A stretch of DNA of 64,000 nt. Source: Octopus vulgaris. Lineage: Eukaryota. The stretch lies in contig OX597819.1 of the NCBI GenBank assembly GCA_951406725.2, forward strand, positions 100,874,001 to 100,938,000, read 5' to 3'. The translations under genes and the position numbers were made by a program. Shown here piece after piece: positions 40,752-54,499 of the stretch (positions are counted from its first letter, which is position 1; every line of letters starts with the position of its first letter). The notes beneath the pieces were generated by a model, which saw only the letters and a program-made list of their open reading frames with translations, made no database searches and had not been told where the DNA came from.

Positions 40752-41417
40752 ATTCAACTTACGAGGAAAATAAACAAAGTTTGCTTTAGAAGCGTTGAGA
40801 TGTATTGCAAGACACAGAAATAATTTATTTTAAAACGCATAATTACGCTAATATAATAGCATGAATAAGCTAAACTAACCATATATTTCAGAAAAATTCG
40901 TTACCGTCCGGCAACGAGACTCGAACTCACATCCCTGTCATTACACGTCAAGTGCTTTAACCTTTGAACTAAACTGCCCAGCAACGAATTGTTCTGCAAT
41001 TTTAGGTTTTATATATCTAGCTTTATAAGACGCTAAAGTTAAATTCAACTTTCGATGAAAGTAAACAAAGTTTGCTTTAGAAGCGTTGCGTTGTATTGAA
41101 AGATACATAAATTATCTATTCTCAAACGCATGATAATACTAATACAATAGCATGAACAGGATAAACTATTTGTTTACTTTCATCGTATGTTGAATTTATC
41201 GTTCGCGTGTTATAAAGATACATTTTTAAATCCTAAAGTTGCAGAGCATTTCGATGCAAGGCAGTTTAGCTTAAAGGTTAAAGCACTTGGCGCGTAATCA
41301 CAGGGATGTGAGTTTGAGTTTCATGGCTGGCCGGTAACGATTTCTTACTGTAATATATGGGTAGTTTATCCTGTTCATGGTATAGTGTTAGCATTATCAT
41401 GCGTTTGAGAATAAATA

Positions 41418-41422
<5 letters not shown>
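40752..41422. repeat. 291-bp unit containing a tRNA-like segment: about 1.4 direct copies plus one inverted copy
   Basis: Unit starts at 40752 and 41043; inversion junction at 41168/41169; a further fragment lies at about 47905-47975. Confidence 0.85.
40904..40980 (-). pseudogene. tRNA-Thr-like sequence inside a repeat, not a functional tRNA
   Basis: GGCAGTTTAGTTCAAAGGTTAAAGCAC..CGTGTAA..GTGAGTTCGAGTCTCGT: A and B boxes, anticodon TGT (CGT in the + copy at 41260-41332), imperfect stems. Confidence 0.55.
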
Positions 41423-41481
<59 letters not shown>

Positions 41482-41509
41482 ACGCACACACACACATATA
41501 TATATATAT

Positions 41510-41770
41510 GACAGTGTGGTAAATAGCTTGCTTACCAACCACATGGTTACGGGCTCAGTTCCACTGCCTGAAACCTTGCGCAAGTGTTTCCTATTATAGC
41601 CTCGGGTCGACCAAAGCCTTGTGAGGGGATTTGGTAGATGGAAACAGAAAGAAGCCTGTCGCATATACATATATATGTGTGTGTGTTCGTGTATCTGTGT
41701 TTCTCCTCCACCATCGATTGACAACCCATGTTGGTGTGGTTACGTTCCCGCAACTTATCCGGTGGGCAAA
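41510..41770 (+). mobile_element. SINE-A copy, 3'-truncated
   Basis: gtgtggtaaatagcttgcttaccaaccacatgg..tagcctcgggtcgaccaaagccttgtgag. Confidence 0.85.
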
Positions 41771-41772
41771 TT

Positions 41773-41857
<85 letters not shown>

Positions 41858-42172
41858 CACACACACATATGTAGATGTAACAACTTAAGAACAAAAATTT
41901 TAAAAAATTATAAGTATGTATGTATGCATACACACACAGCTAGAAGTATGCTTAATCTCATATATGTATATGTGTGTGGGTGTGTCTTTGTGTGTGTGTG
42001 TGTCTGTCTGTCTGTTTGTATATGTGGGTGTGATGATATACGAGTATATATGTGCGCATATGTTTGAGCGAGTTTAAATACTCATATGACTCCTTATATA
42101 TATATATACGACTTACATACAAAAATATATACTGGTTTATACACACAGCTGATAGGCACTAACACAGACACA

Positions 42173-42218
<46 letters not shown>

Positions 42219-42571
42219 TATATATACTACCATGTCTACGTGTATAATTCGGTATTTGTTTATATATACAATACTTTTGTATACATAAATATATCAGTAT
42301 TTATATACGATATAATTAACACGAACTAATGACTGTTTCTTTAGTTAGTGGTGAGTATGTAATCAAACTACAGACTGACGTGTCGATTCATTGTGTGTGG
42401 CACAGATAGAGTTATGACACGTTGCCTCTATGTCTGATAGTGGCTCGCATATGAACAGCCATTGTCTTGTTTTCAACCTCCACCTAGAGATATTACTGTG
42501 GTCGGTGAGAGACATTGCAATACTAGACCAGATAACATTGCATACGTACACATTCTATGCGGCGCGCACTC

Positions 42572-42634
<63 letters not shown>

Positions 42635-42665
42635 ATGTATGTATATATGTATGTATGCATGTATA

Positions 42666-42725
<60 letters not shown>

Positions 42726-43060
42726 TACATATATACATTATATATATGTATACATTTTATATATAATATATATATATATATCGAGAGAGTGAGGGGGGGC
42801 AAATACATCGACATAGATATGTATATATATTTTTTATTAACAATTGCGTATGTTTGCGTGTATTTGTATGTGAGAGTGCGCGCGTGCGTTTGTGTCTGTC
42901 TGTGCGTGTGTTCAAGTTCTAAGTCTAAGCATGTCTACATCTATATGCATATCAATTTCAACGTATACTTTTATTCATAACTAGTTATTTATGTGGGCAA
43001 GGAGGAATGTCTATGTATTTTCACTCATCATTCATATATATATATGCAGAAATTGAGAGT

Positions 43061-43106
<46 letters not shown>

Positions 43107-43495
43107 CACACATCGACATATATACATATATATATATATTTGTAATGACCTATATATATAAAACACGCATATGCATGTACATACACGTGGATATATACGT
43201 GCATACACATATACATATACACTCGCATGCATACATACATACATCCTTGCATACAAAAAGAGAACCTGAGAAAGAGACCGTACGTTAGGAATGAAAGCGT
43301 GATGTGTGCCTATTTGCCAATGCTGGATGTAATGCATCCGTACTTGAAATTTTAGTAAATTTCTGGTATTTTTTTCCCCCGGAAAAGACTGAAATTCCCA
43401 AATGCGGAATTTTACAGCCGTGCTCCCAGTACTGATCTCCCTACTGGAACTAAACATGGAATGTATCTCTCTTTTTTTTTTTGGGGGGGGGGGCA

Positions 43496-45580
43496 TAGCT
43501 CAAGTTTTCTGTTGGCGGTATTTCTAACTAAAATTAGTGCGTCGTCATCTTCCAATTCAGGGAATTCTTCTTTGAGTAAGTGTAAAAGGTAAATTCTAAG
43601 ATTACACAACTTCTTCAAAACCCAAGGACTAGCCATCACCATTGAAAATGATAACAACTCAGTGAACCTCCTAGACGTTAACTTTAACCCTAATACTTCA
43701 TCTTATCAACCTCACCATAAACCTAACAACAATAGCACATACATACATGCACATAGTAACTATCCTTATAATATTATAAAAACTCTAACTTCTAACATAG
43801 AGAGTAGAATTAAATTATTGTCATCCAATGAGGAAAATTTTCACAACCACAAAGACAACTATAATCTAGCACTTAAGAAGGCAGGATACAAGTATCGAAT
43901 TGAGTACAGCAAAAACAATAGCACTTATTCTAATTAATCCAATAATTATCCATATTACTGAACCCATATCAACTAGTATATTAGAAAACTCTGTCACAAT
44001 TAAATTCTCTCAATAATAATCATCAGCAATACATTAGCAACAGACAAATCCTACAACAATAATAAATATCATAATAATAAACTCTATAAATATGGGTACC
44101 ATAACGATAACCTCACTAATAGAACGAATAGCATTAATTTTACCAACCCACAAATCACTGTTAATAATGTAATCAAACCCAAGTATAAGGACAATATATG
44201 CCGAAAACAAATAACTAAAGATAGAAATATAATATGAACACTACACACTTAAAAATCAAGCTTATCCCACAACATCTCATCCTTCTAACAATTCATATAA
44301 CCGCATAAATCATATTAATAAAGTTAGGAATAATATAGAAAAAAAGAAACCTATACCACGTGTAAGAATAAAATGTCCCACAAAATATAAACCACTACGT
44401 TAATAAAAACAACAATAACGTCATTTGGATCATAATTCCTTTTGCAAAACATCTAAAATCTAATTCTATTAAATCCATTCGAAACAACATAAAAAAAAAA
44501 ATTTAACTCTAAATATGCAAAGATATTTAATAATAACAAAATAATCAGATTTGGATTTTCAGTAGCTCCAAGCCAATATAGTATCATTACTTTATTTAAC
44601 AATTGGAAACTAAACCAATTCTATAATAAAAAAAAAACTCTTTGTAAGACACGTACTAACTTCAATAATTCCATATCTAATAACAACAATTATCAGAATA
44701 AACAGGCCCCAATTACCTCTAATACATATAGACATAACAATAAAGTATCAACTAATAATTCTAATTGTAATTGTAGAAACCCGAACAGTTGTGAGTTAGA
44801 AGGTAACTGTAAAATGAAAGATGTAGTATGTCAAGCAACAATTATTACCCATAATCTCTCTAAATTTATTTACATCGGATGTACACAAAATGCTTTCAAA
44901 TTAAGATTAAATAATCATAGATCATCCTTTAATGACTCTAGAAAAGAAAACAGCACAGGTCTATCCAAAAAGGTTTGGCAACTGAAAAGAAGCAATACAG
45001 GTTACTCGATTTCTTAGAAAATACTTTCTTCTGCTCCACCTTATAGACATAATAACATGATCTTCAAATTATGCGTAGAAGAGAGTTTACAATAGTAAGC
45101 TACCAATTTAATATGAAGAATCTCTATTAGAAATCTAACTTTGGAACCCTACAAAGTAAAGGATGAAATAGAACTCAACCTTTTCTCATATATATATACA
45201 TTTGAGTTCACGACAACATCTTCACTCTTTCTATCGTTACATAATATTCCCCACCCCTTGAATATATACATAGGGTGTGATATCTGGTACAATGCTGCTG
45301 AATTGAAACAGCGTGGATATTGTGATTCGAAAACCTTAACCACTTAACTATTCATAAAGGTATGCAATGGTGTTTTTTAACACCTGATTATATAAGATGA
45401 TACATCAGTCTGAAGTGTAGAGAATGCAGGTATGAAATTTATGTCCACTTTGCATGAACTCACCTCCTAATATTTCAATCGGTTTGGTTTGCACTTATGG
45501 AATCCATGGATCTGTTGATGAATGGTATGGTCGACTGCACACAGAAACTCACATAAGTATATATCTGCTTGTGTGTATGA
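43496..45580 (+). mobile_element. Naiad-like Penelope element pseudogene with an inverted 5' RT segment
   Basis: GLAITIE..VNLLDVNF..YQPHHKPNN..YIHAHSNYP..ALKKAGY (RT), NVIWIIIPF, CNCRNPNSCELEGNC, VVCQA..YIGCT..FKLRLNNHRSSF..STGLSKKVWQLK..LCVEE (GIY-YIG). The CNC-x-C-x-C linker and STxLSKxVW motifs are typical of the Naiad clade. Confidence 0.85.
45509..45565 (+). ncRNA. Degenerate type I hammerhead at the 3' end of the Naiad-like element
   Basis: GAUCUG-UUGAUGA-A..GAA-ACU(CACAUA)AGU-A-UAUAUC; C3 appears changed to U. Confidence 0.5.
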
Positions 45581-46237
45581 GTGTGTGTATATATATCTGT
45601 GTCTTTGTGTGTGTACGTGTTACGCTTCTAAGTTAAGCTGAATTATCTGCGTCAGCAGCCCTTAAATACAACTTGATGTAAAATAGCTACAATTTGGTAT
45701 ATAGGGGCAATATTTTGCCTGGTGTTATTTAGTAGACTGAAATATTATTTTCTCATGCGTTTCCTGTGTGATTCAACTGTTAAATATATTTTCATTTTCA
45801 AACTTTTATTTTGCCAAATGCTAACTGCAATCCAATGAAATTTGTACAGTTAAAGTCTCTATCTCTTCTACACTGTATCTCTATTTAATGTTTGTCCCAC
45901 AGTGAGGTTCCCCTTATACATCTGAAATGAAATAACTGCTATAACAAAGCTTCATCTTACAAATCATCAATTATTTGAGCAAAACAGCTGGCAAGTTTTA
46001 GAAACGTTTTAATTCCACCGTAAAAATTACGACCAAAGATTCATTTCCTGCCTACATTTTCGTTGCAGAGAGATATAGATATGTAATACACAAATGTAAT
46101 ATCAAGGGCAGCTGTCTATGCATGGGGTGGTTTGTAATATCTATCAACACATCTCAACTCTGTTAATGGTGTTAATGCTTCTCCATTGATTAAGAAAATA
46201 TGAACACCATACAAAATTTAGGACATTAATTATAAGT

Positions 46238-46705
46238 ACAAGCGCAAAAGTTGCTGTGTAGTTAAGAAGCTTGCTTTTAATCATAGGATTTGGGGTTCTG
46301 TCCCACTGCAAGGCACCTTGAGCAATTGCATTCTACTATATTCTCGGACCGACTAACGCCTTGTGAAGAAACCTAGTAGAGAAAAACTGAGTGGAAGCCT
46401 ATCGTGTGTATATATGAGTTATCCAAGTGTGTGTAAGTGTGTGTGTACGTATGTGTGCGTGTTTGTGTGTGTGTGTGCTTTAGTGTGCCTGAGTGTGCGA
46501 ATATATGTGTGTATGTCTGCTTGTGTATGTATTTTGTGTTAATGTTTGTCCTTTTCCTTAACCCGATCACTTAACGATTCTTCGAAATGGACTGTTAGGA
46601 TAAGTACCAGAGTTTGAAAATTATAAATACCGTTTCGAATAAACCTTTTAAAAGCGGTGCTTCGGCTTGGCTTCAGTCCAGTGACTAAACAAATAAAAAG
46701 TAAAA
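46238..46705 (+). mobile_element. Degraded full-span SINE-A
   Basis: gttgctgtgtagttaagaagcttgctt..gtcccactgcaaggcaccttg..gcggtgcttc..tgactaaacaaataaaa. Confidence 0.75.
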
Positions 46706-46769
46706 GATAGTAGAGATTGATCAGGACAGGTTGTATACAAATGATTGTTTCATATATCCAGGTGAACCA

Positions 46770-46984
46770 AGGCGTCGAGCTGGCCGAAACGTTAGCACAG
46801 CGGGCGAAATGCTTAGCGGTATTTCGTCTGTCTTTACGTTCTGAATTCAAATTCCACCGAGGTCGACTTTGCCTTTCATCCTTTCGGGGCCGATAAATTA
46901 AGTAGCAGTTGAGTACTGGGGTCGATCTAATCGACTGGCCCCCTCCCTCCAAATTTCAGCCCTTGTGCCTAGAGTAGAAAAGAT
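46770..46984 (+). mobile_element. Full-length SINE-B with imperfect 17-bp TSD
   Basis: TSD tatatccaggtgaacca (46753-46769) and tatatccagatgagcca (46985-47001). Confidence 0.9.
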
Positions 46985-48299
46985 TATATCCAGATGAGCC
47001 ATCTTTGCTGGCTGATATTTCGTCACATTTGTCTTAGATTACATGTGACACAGCTGTTGTGATTCTTAAATTTTCTAAGTGTGCAGCACTTGTTAAATAT
47101 TAAAACAACATAATTCTTTAGCCTTAAGATATTTTTGCCTTCATACACACCTACTGAATCTAAAGAAGCCAGCCACTCACTGTTTCCTACATCGAAGGCG
47201 ACGAATGTAGCTGACAGCGCGAAAAGTCATCGACAAAAACACAAAGGCCGAAATGCATGCGGGGTCCTCGGTGACCGCTCTATTATTTTTTGTGCTTTTA
47301 ACGCAGTACGTACATAAGCGGAACATACTGGGTGATCAACTGTATCTACATTAATGATGATGCATAGCTGACTATTTTAATTTAATACTGCCTCAATAAA
47401 TATTTCTTAAGATGTTTTAAAATAGGTAATTCAGAAAAAAAAAACTTGTACAAAGTTATCTATTACATAAAATAATTAAATAAAAACTAACTGAAGTGTA
47501 TCTCCAAAATATTCGTGTATACCTGGGGAATCAAACACGAAATAACAATTCACTCCTGATATATAAATTATACTTTTGTCATAGAACTGGTAAAACGGCT
47601 TTTCTGAATCCCAGGCCGCCTGTTCAAATTGAAACCAACAAAATTCAAAAATTATTCAACTCTCCTTACTCACAAATCTTTCCACTGGTAATTAACCTTC
47701 AAATCAATTAAGGCATTAAATCTATGTATTTCTAACACACATCATTACCTCCTCTTGCCTCTTCAAACATCTCCATAACTTGGAAGCTTAGTTGTTTTTC
47801 ATTTCTTACCAATTATTCAGCAAAACGAAACACTTGCCTATATTCTTTTAGGTTGCATAGGTCCAACGATCAATTTGTCAGTTTTGTTTACCCTCTAACA
47901 AATTTATAAATCTTAAAGTTGCAGAGCATTTCGATGCTGGGCAGTTTAGATTAAAGGTTAAAACACTTGGCGCGGGACAGACACTTCAATATGAAAACAG
48001 ATAATTATCCACCGAAAAACACAGTATATGCCAAGGATCTGGCCAACAAATAGGAACCAAAACTACTTTGGTTTTATTAGCCTCCTTAGTCATTCTGGCC
48101 ATAATATCACTGGAAAATTCAACAAAAAAATATATATATCAAACTATAATGGAAATGCATAAGATTTGTTAATGATGGGGTATGAAAATAAGGAATCAGT
48201 CCCCAAAACAATTTGAGAGATAAGAATGGTAAAGAATAACATTAAGGAAAGAAAACAAAATCTATACAAACGTCGACGTATCTACACAGAACATTTTAA

Positions 48300-48496
48300 G
48301 ACAGTTGGTCATCGTCATCTTTATGATCACCGCAACTTACAGCACCACCACGACCTCACCATCCGTACAATCATCGTCTTCATCATCAACACCGCCACCA
48401 CAACCATCACAACTATTGCTACCATTGTCCTTTTCGTCGTCATCGTCATAATCGTCATAATTACCATCATCTTCATCATCATCGTCATCGTCATCG

Positions 48497-48529
<33 letters not shown>

Positions 48530-48543
48530 CCACCACCACCACC

Positions 48544-48577
<34 letters not shown>

Positions 48578-49515
48578 ACAGAGTCATTGTCATCGTCTGG
48601 AAGTGGTTATTGACGTTGTAAATGCTGTCATGTTCACATATTAACGTACAGACCAACGTCCAGAACAAACTAGCGTTCAGTTCAATACACCAACCATAAC
48701 CATCACCTTCTCCATCATACCAACGTATCAATCATATCTCCACGATATCCATCACTGACAATACAACCATCACCACCATCAGCACTATCACAGTCAACGC
48801 CATCACCATCCTGATGATTAAATAACATCGTATTACTTACCACCAACACCCCTAAATATCAAATCACAAACCTTGTAACACCAAAATCACCACCACCGTC
48901 GTCACCACCACCACCACCATCACCACCACCACCACCACCACCATCACCACCACCACCACCACCACCACCACCACGACCACCACGACCACCACCCCACCAC
49001 CACGACCATCACGACCACCACGACCACCACGACCACCACGACCACCACCGCCACTACAATCATAACCATCGCAACAAACATTAATACCAGATCCAACACC
49101 GCGACAAAAACCACCACTGTCGCCACAACCAATACTAGCGCCATCACTAACAACACAACCACCACCACATATTTCGTCATCATCACCAACATCATCATCA
49201 TCATTATCATTATCACTACCACCACCGGTACCACCACCGGTACCACTACCGGTACCACCACCGCTACCACCACCGCTACCATCCCCATCACTATATCTAC
49301 ATTCCCCTACCACCACTGGCAGCAGCAGTACCACTACCACCATCATCACCACCACCACCACCACCACCACCACCACCACCACAATCTCTACTACCACCAC
49401 AACCTCCACAACCACCACATCCTCAATCACCAACAGTACATACACGCCATCACCACAACCACCACCACCGCCTTACCCACAACCACCACCACTACCACCA
49501 CAACCACCAATACTA
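48300..49515. repeat. Mosaic of degenerate trinucleotide repeats (CAT/CGT/CAC/ACC)
   Basis: Direct reading; gives rise to the low-complexity ORFs at 48226-49445. Confidence 0.9.
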
Positions 49516-49732
49516 CCCAGAATTTGCCATAAATGTATCAGACGTGTCAAATTCAACTCCACTGGGGTCGTTTTCTAGTTTTTATAGCAAACTTCTCATT
49601 AAACTCTTAACCTCGTCCTCTTTCTTCCTTATTTCTTTCTTCGTCCATTATTTTCATTCAATTTCCCAATGTTTAGCTAAAGCTGGCTCTTTCCTAACCC
49701 TTCACTCGTATTACCTCCACAACCTGTCAGAA

Positions 49733-49863
<131 letters not shown>

Positions 49864-50139
49864 ATTTAAACTGTCCGTTTAAATATATTCATACTTACAT
49901 GTATTTTGCACACGCATATGTTTGTGTGTCGTGTGTGAGCGTATATCTATATATATATATATGTATATAAATACACTTACACACACACATATACACCTGT
50001 AAATATGTGTGTGTGTATACACGTATATAAACACACAGATACATAATATACATTCATATAAGTACGTAGAAATTATATAAAAACTTATACAGACGTGCGT
50101 CACTCACGTACACACATAGGCATGCATCACTTTCTCTGT

Positions 50140-50215
<76 letters not shown>

Positions 50216-50403
50216 TGTGTGTATGAGAGAGAGAATGTGAGTTTAAGATTGATTTGCGCTAATACACGCTCGTGCATAACAAATAATATGCATATGAAAA
50301 CTATGCATATCTGTCTAATTATGTGTGTATCCCTGTGTTTGTTCACATGTGTATACATGTGCATATAGATATATGTGCAAATATACACGTATATATATGT
50401 ATG

Positions 50404-50445
<42 letters not shown>

Positions 50446-50479
50446 CGTATATACATAGTGTGTGTGTGTGTACATATAT

Positions 50480-50544
<65 letters not shown>

Positions 50545-51114
50545 TGCATGTATATATGTGCGTATACGTAGTCAAATGTACAGGTCTAACCGTATATGTA
50601 TTCATACGTATACACATGCACATGTACCTAGATACCGAGGTATTAGTTGTGCCCTCAATACGCTCACTCATCTACCGTCAATCTTTCATTGCCAGTCTCT
50701 AGACACCCTTCACATTATCTGCTCATCAAAACTTATGTTCAAACTTCACTCACTTTCCATCAATTCATTTGTCTTCCTTCATACGTCTTCGCCCCACCTG
50801 TACTCTTCATCATCTTCCTTCTGATTTTCTTCCGTTTCTCATTAGTTTCATCTACCTCCTGTAATACCTCAACCCATGATCAACTTCTTTCAAGTAACGC
50901 TCTCACCAAAACTCTCTGACACTTTTCTTTGCTCCCTCTCTGCTAATGTCTCATTCCCGCGTCATTACTTTTCTAACAAGATAATTATCTGTATATATTT
51001 TTAATTACTTATCTTTTATTAAAAGTTTGCTCCTCTGCGTGATTTTCGTTATTTTACCTTACTACACTCTACGCCTTATCTCTTTCACTTACTTCCTCTA
51101 TCTGTTTGCCTACT

Positions 51115-51153
<39 letters not shown>

Positions 51154-51228
51154 CTCTCTCTGTCTATCATCTCTGTTTATCCTTCTATCTTACCATCATG
51201 CCATATATTTATGTATTGATCTTTAAAG

Positions 51229-51305
<77 letters not shown>

Positions 51306-51348
51306 CATCCATCTATCATCCATCCATCCATCCCGCCATCCCCCATCC

Positions 51349-51384
<36 letters not shown>

Positions 51385-51400
51385 CATCTATCTATCTATC

Positions 51401-51486
<86 letters not shown>

Positions 51487-51530
51487 GACAAGATGGAAGA
51501 TAAATAGACACATAAGCATAGATAGTTAGG

Positions 51531-51602
<72 letters not shown>

Positions 51603-53730
51603 CAAAGAGAGGAAGATATACAAACAGACAGGCAACCAGGCTAAAAGATATATATATACCAAATTGTTTCTATCGTTTTGGCTATCTCTCTCTTCATATG
51701 TGTGTATGTGTGTATGTGTGTATGTGTGTTTGTGCGTGTTTGTTCATGTGTGCTTGTGTGCGTTTGTATGTGGTGTTTGTGTGTCTGTGGGGGGGGGGGT
51801 GCCTGTGTATATATGTGCATATGTATGTATGAATCTATGTATGTATATGCATGTATAACTGTATGCATATTAATACAGAATGTATACGTGCATGCATGGT
51901 TAAAAGAGAACGAACAGAATAAAGAGAGACGTGCCTCTACTCCGATATCAAATTACAATTTATTTTTCACCCTTTATTCTCACATCACAAACTACCCCTT
52001 ATTTTCATTTCTCTCCTTTCGGCATGTTTTCTCATCACCCCATCTTTCTGGTTTTCTCTCTACTAACCGTCTTCCTCTCTTACATTCCTCTTCCTAGAAC
52101 TTTCTCTCCATCTTCACTCATTTATTTCTCATGTCCCCTCTCATTCTTATATTCTCACCTTACTGTACCTTTAACTTAGTTCCATCTTAAACTCAGTCAT
52201 AGCTTACGAGTAGCACTCTCTTTTTTTTTCACCATCATTATTATCTCCCCTTTCTCCACAAAAGCTTCACCCTTTTTTCTTTCTTCACACACATACAAAC
52301 AAAACACACTCAACATTTGCATACCCAACACACACATAAAAATACATATACATATAAACACAAAACTACTGACGCTTTCTCACTCTCCAACCTAATTTAC
52401 CCTGCCATCACTCTTTCACTCCCCCTCTCTCTTTCTCTCCTCTTTGAACACATTCTCACACCCCATCCACGTTGTAGCGTTCTCTCCTCTCACTTACTCA
52501 TCTTCCTCACACCATCACCACCACTCTCTCGTTTTTTCACCTCACACCATCTTTCATCTATTAACCTTCTCGTTCTAATTCTGTTCATCTTTATCCCCTC
52601 CCCTTCCCACTTTATTCGATCATACATAACGCCATTGATGACGAAGTCCGCCATTATATCCGGAGCAAAAGGTGTGAGCCAGGAATGGGGTACGAACGTA
52701 CATTGTTTACATCAGTGTAAAGTAGTATACGTATGTATGTATGTGTATGTGTGTGTATGTGTGTGCTTGTGTGTGTATGTATGTGCGTGTGCTTATGTGA
52801 CAGTTGGTTATATGTCCATCATATGTGTGTATGAAAGACCATTGGTGTTGTGTGGGAGAGTGGTGTGTGTTTATTTAAATGTAATTTACTTTTACGGCGT
52901 TTTTAAAGCATTATAGTGTTTCCCGTAAAATATTGATATAAACAGGTAATTGTTATTCATGGAAAAGTTCTACGATGTTGCTTTTCCTTCATCTGTCAGT
53001 ATATAGTTGCGTGCATAGTGTGCATGTATGTATGAATATACATACGTGCTTGTGTGTGTGTGTGTGTGTGTGCGTGTGTGCGTGTGTGTGTCTGTGTATG
53101 TAAGCATATATGTGCGTATAAATATCTGTATTTCTGTATGTATGCATGTATGCATTATTGTGTGTATGTATGTATGCGTGTGTCTATATATGTATGTGTA
53201 TATATATATGTGTGTGTGTGTATTTATCTATGCCATTAAGTTGCATCTAATGGTGAGGTTTGTGAGAGATCTGGAGTTATGAGGAGCCGGGATTCACTCC
53301 TTAATTATCATTGCTCCCAGTTCCGTTCTGGCCCAGAACGGTAGTATCTGCGATGGTTCTGTCTAAGGGTTAAACAAATCTCCCCAAGGTAATGGAAGGT
53401 CCTGATATATCTAACAAAGCTGTGCGGAAGATAGCTCATCTCGGAGAAGATTTTGTGATATAAAACTTGCAGTTAACATAGTACTAATAATATTATATTG
53501 CTTGTCAATAGAACATACTATGGCGATTGAGAGCTTTTGTTATTTAAATTCAATGACAAAGATGTCTCACTATTCATATCATTTTCTTATCCGTTTTGTA
53601 TCTTATAGCCTCTTACGGAGATGGATGCGGGGGTGAAAACTCATATCCACACACATGTAAGAATGAAAGTAAATCGGAAAAAGTCCGAATCTGAGACAGC
53701 TATCATCTAAGATTCAGCAATCAGCATGTT

Positions 53731-53766
<36 letters not shown>

Positions 53767-54499
53767 AGTGTGTGTGCTGTATGTGTGTGTGTGCATGTAT
53801 GTATGTATGTATGTATGTGTGTGTGCATGTATGTATTTATATATGTATGTATGTATATATATATATGTATGTATGCATGTATGTATGTGTGTATGTATGT
53901 ATGTCATTGTTCAGTTTTGTTTTCAAGATTTCTTGCCAGTAGAGAAACTTTCGGTTTCTAACATAGATTCAAGTCTCCTTCATTGGAATTTCAAAATCAA
54001 CAATAGGGTACTTTTGCATGTATGTATGTATGTATGTATGTATGTATGTATGTATGTATGTATGTATGTATGTATGTATGTTTGAATGAATGCTTGCATG
54101 CCTGCCTACATGCAACCATGCACGCATGTATGTACGAATGCATGTATATGTGTATGGCATGGTTGAATTGTTAAAAGATTTGTTTCGTTAACCTGCATGC
54201 CCGTCGATAAGGGGTGCACAGGACGGCATTGCCCTTTAATGGTGCACCCTCAGACTTACAGTGATGCACTTATTTCGAAACTCCACTTTAGCATTATTAC
54301 AAATTAGAGCTACCCAGATTATTACGAAGCACCATTAGAAACCAAAACCAATGACCCGGGCTCCATTCTGCTACATGGTATAAGTTTACGTTCTTTTGCT
54401 GAAGCCGCGTCTCATGCATAGAGATTTTACAATGAATTTTCGAAAAGTATTGCATATTTATACTGTTTCACTTTAAGATTAGGGTAGGGTTAAAGGTAA

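Noticed and set aside
40904-40980. Functional tRNA-Thr gene
   Set aside because: Acceptor and anticodon stems are imperfect, copies differ, and it is embedded in a repeat unit
43355-43420. U1 snRNA-like words (aatttctgg and ttcccaaatgcggaa)
   Set aside because: Order is not collinear with U1, and the 5' ATACTTACCTG and other stems are absent
44763-45085. Selenocysteine-encoding Naiad
   Set aside because: The Cys positions in the CNC..C..C motif are TGT codons, with no in-frame TGA at conserved Cys sites
47215-47260. Minus-strand FVDDFSR, similar to a copia integrase motif
   Set aside because: Isolated 7-residue match with no flanking integrase similarity
47500-48290. Possible L1/Tx1 ORF2 C-terminal remnant (ETLAYILLGC)
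   Set aside because: Too decayed to support by eye
48864-49445. 193-aa Gly/Val/Asp-rich ORF
   Set aside because: Explained by trinucleotide repeats; no domain or splice evidence
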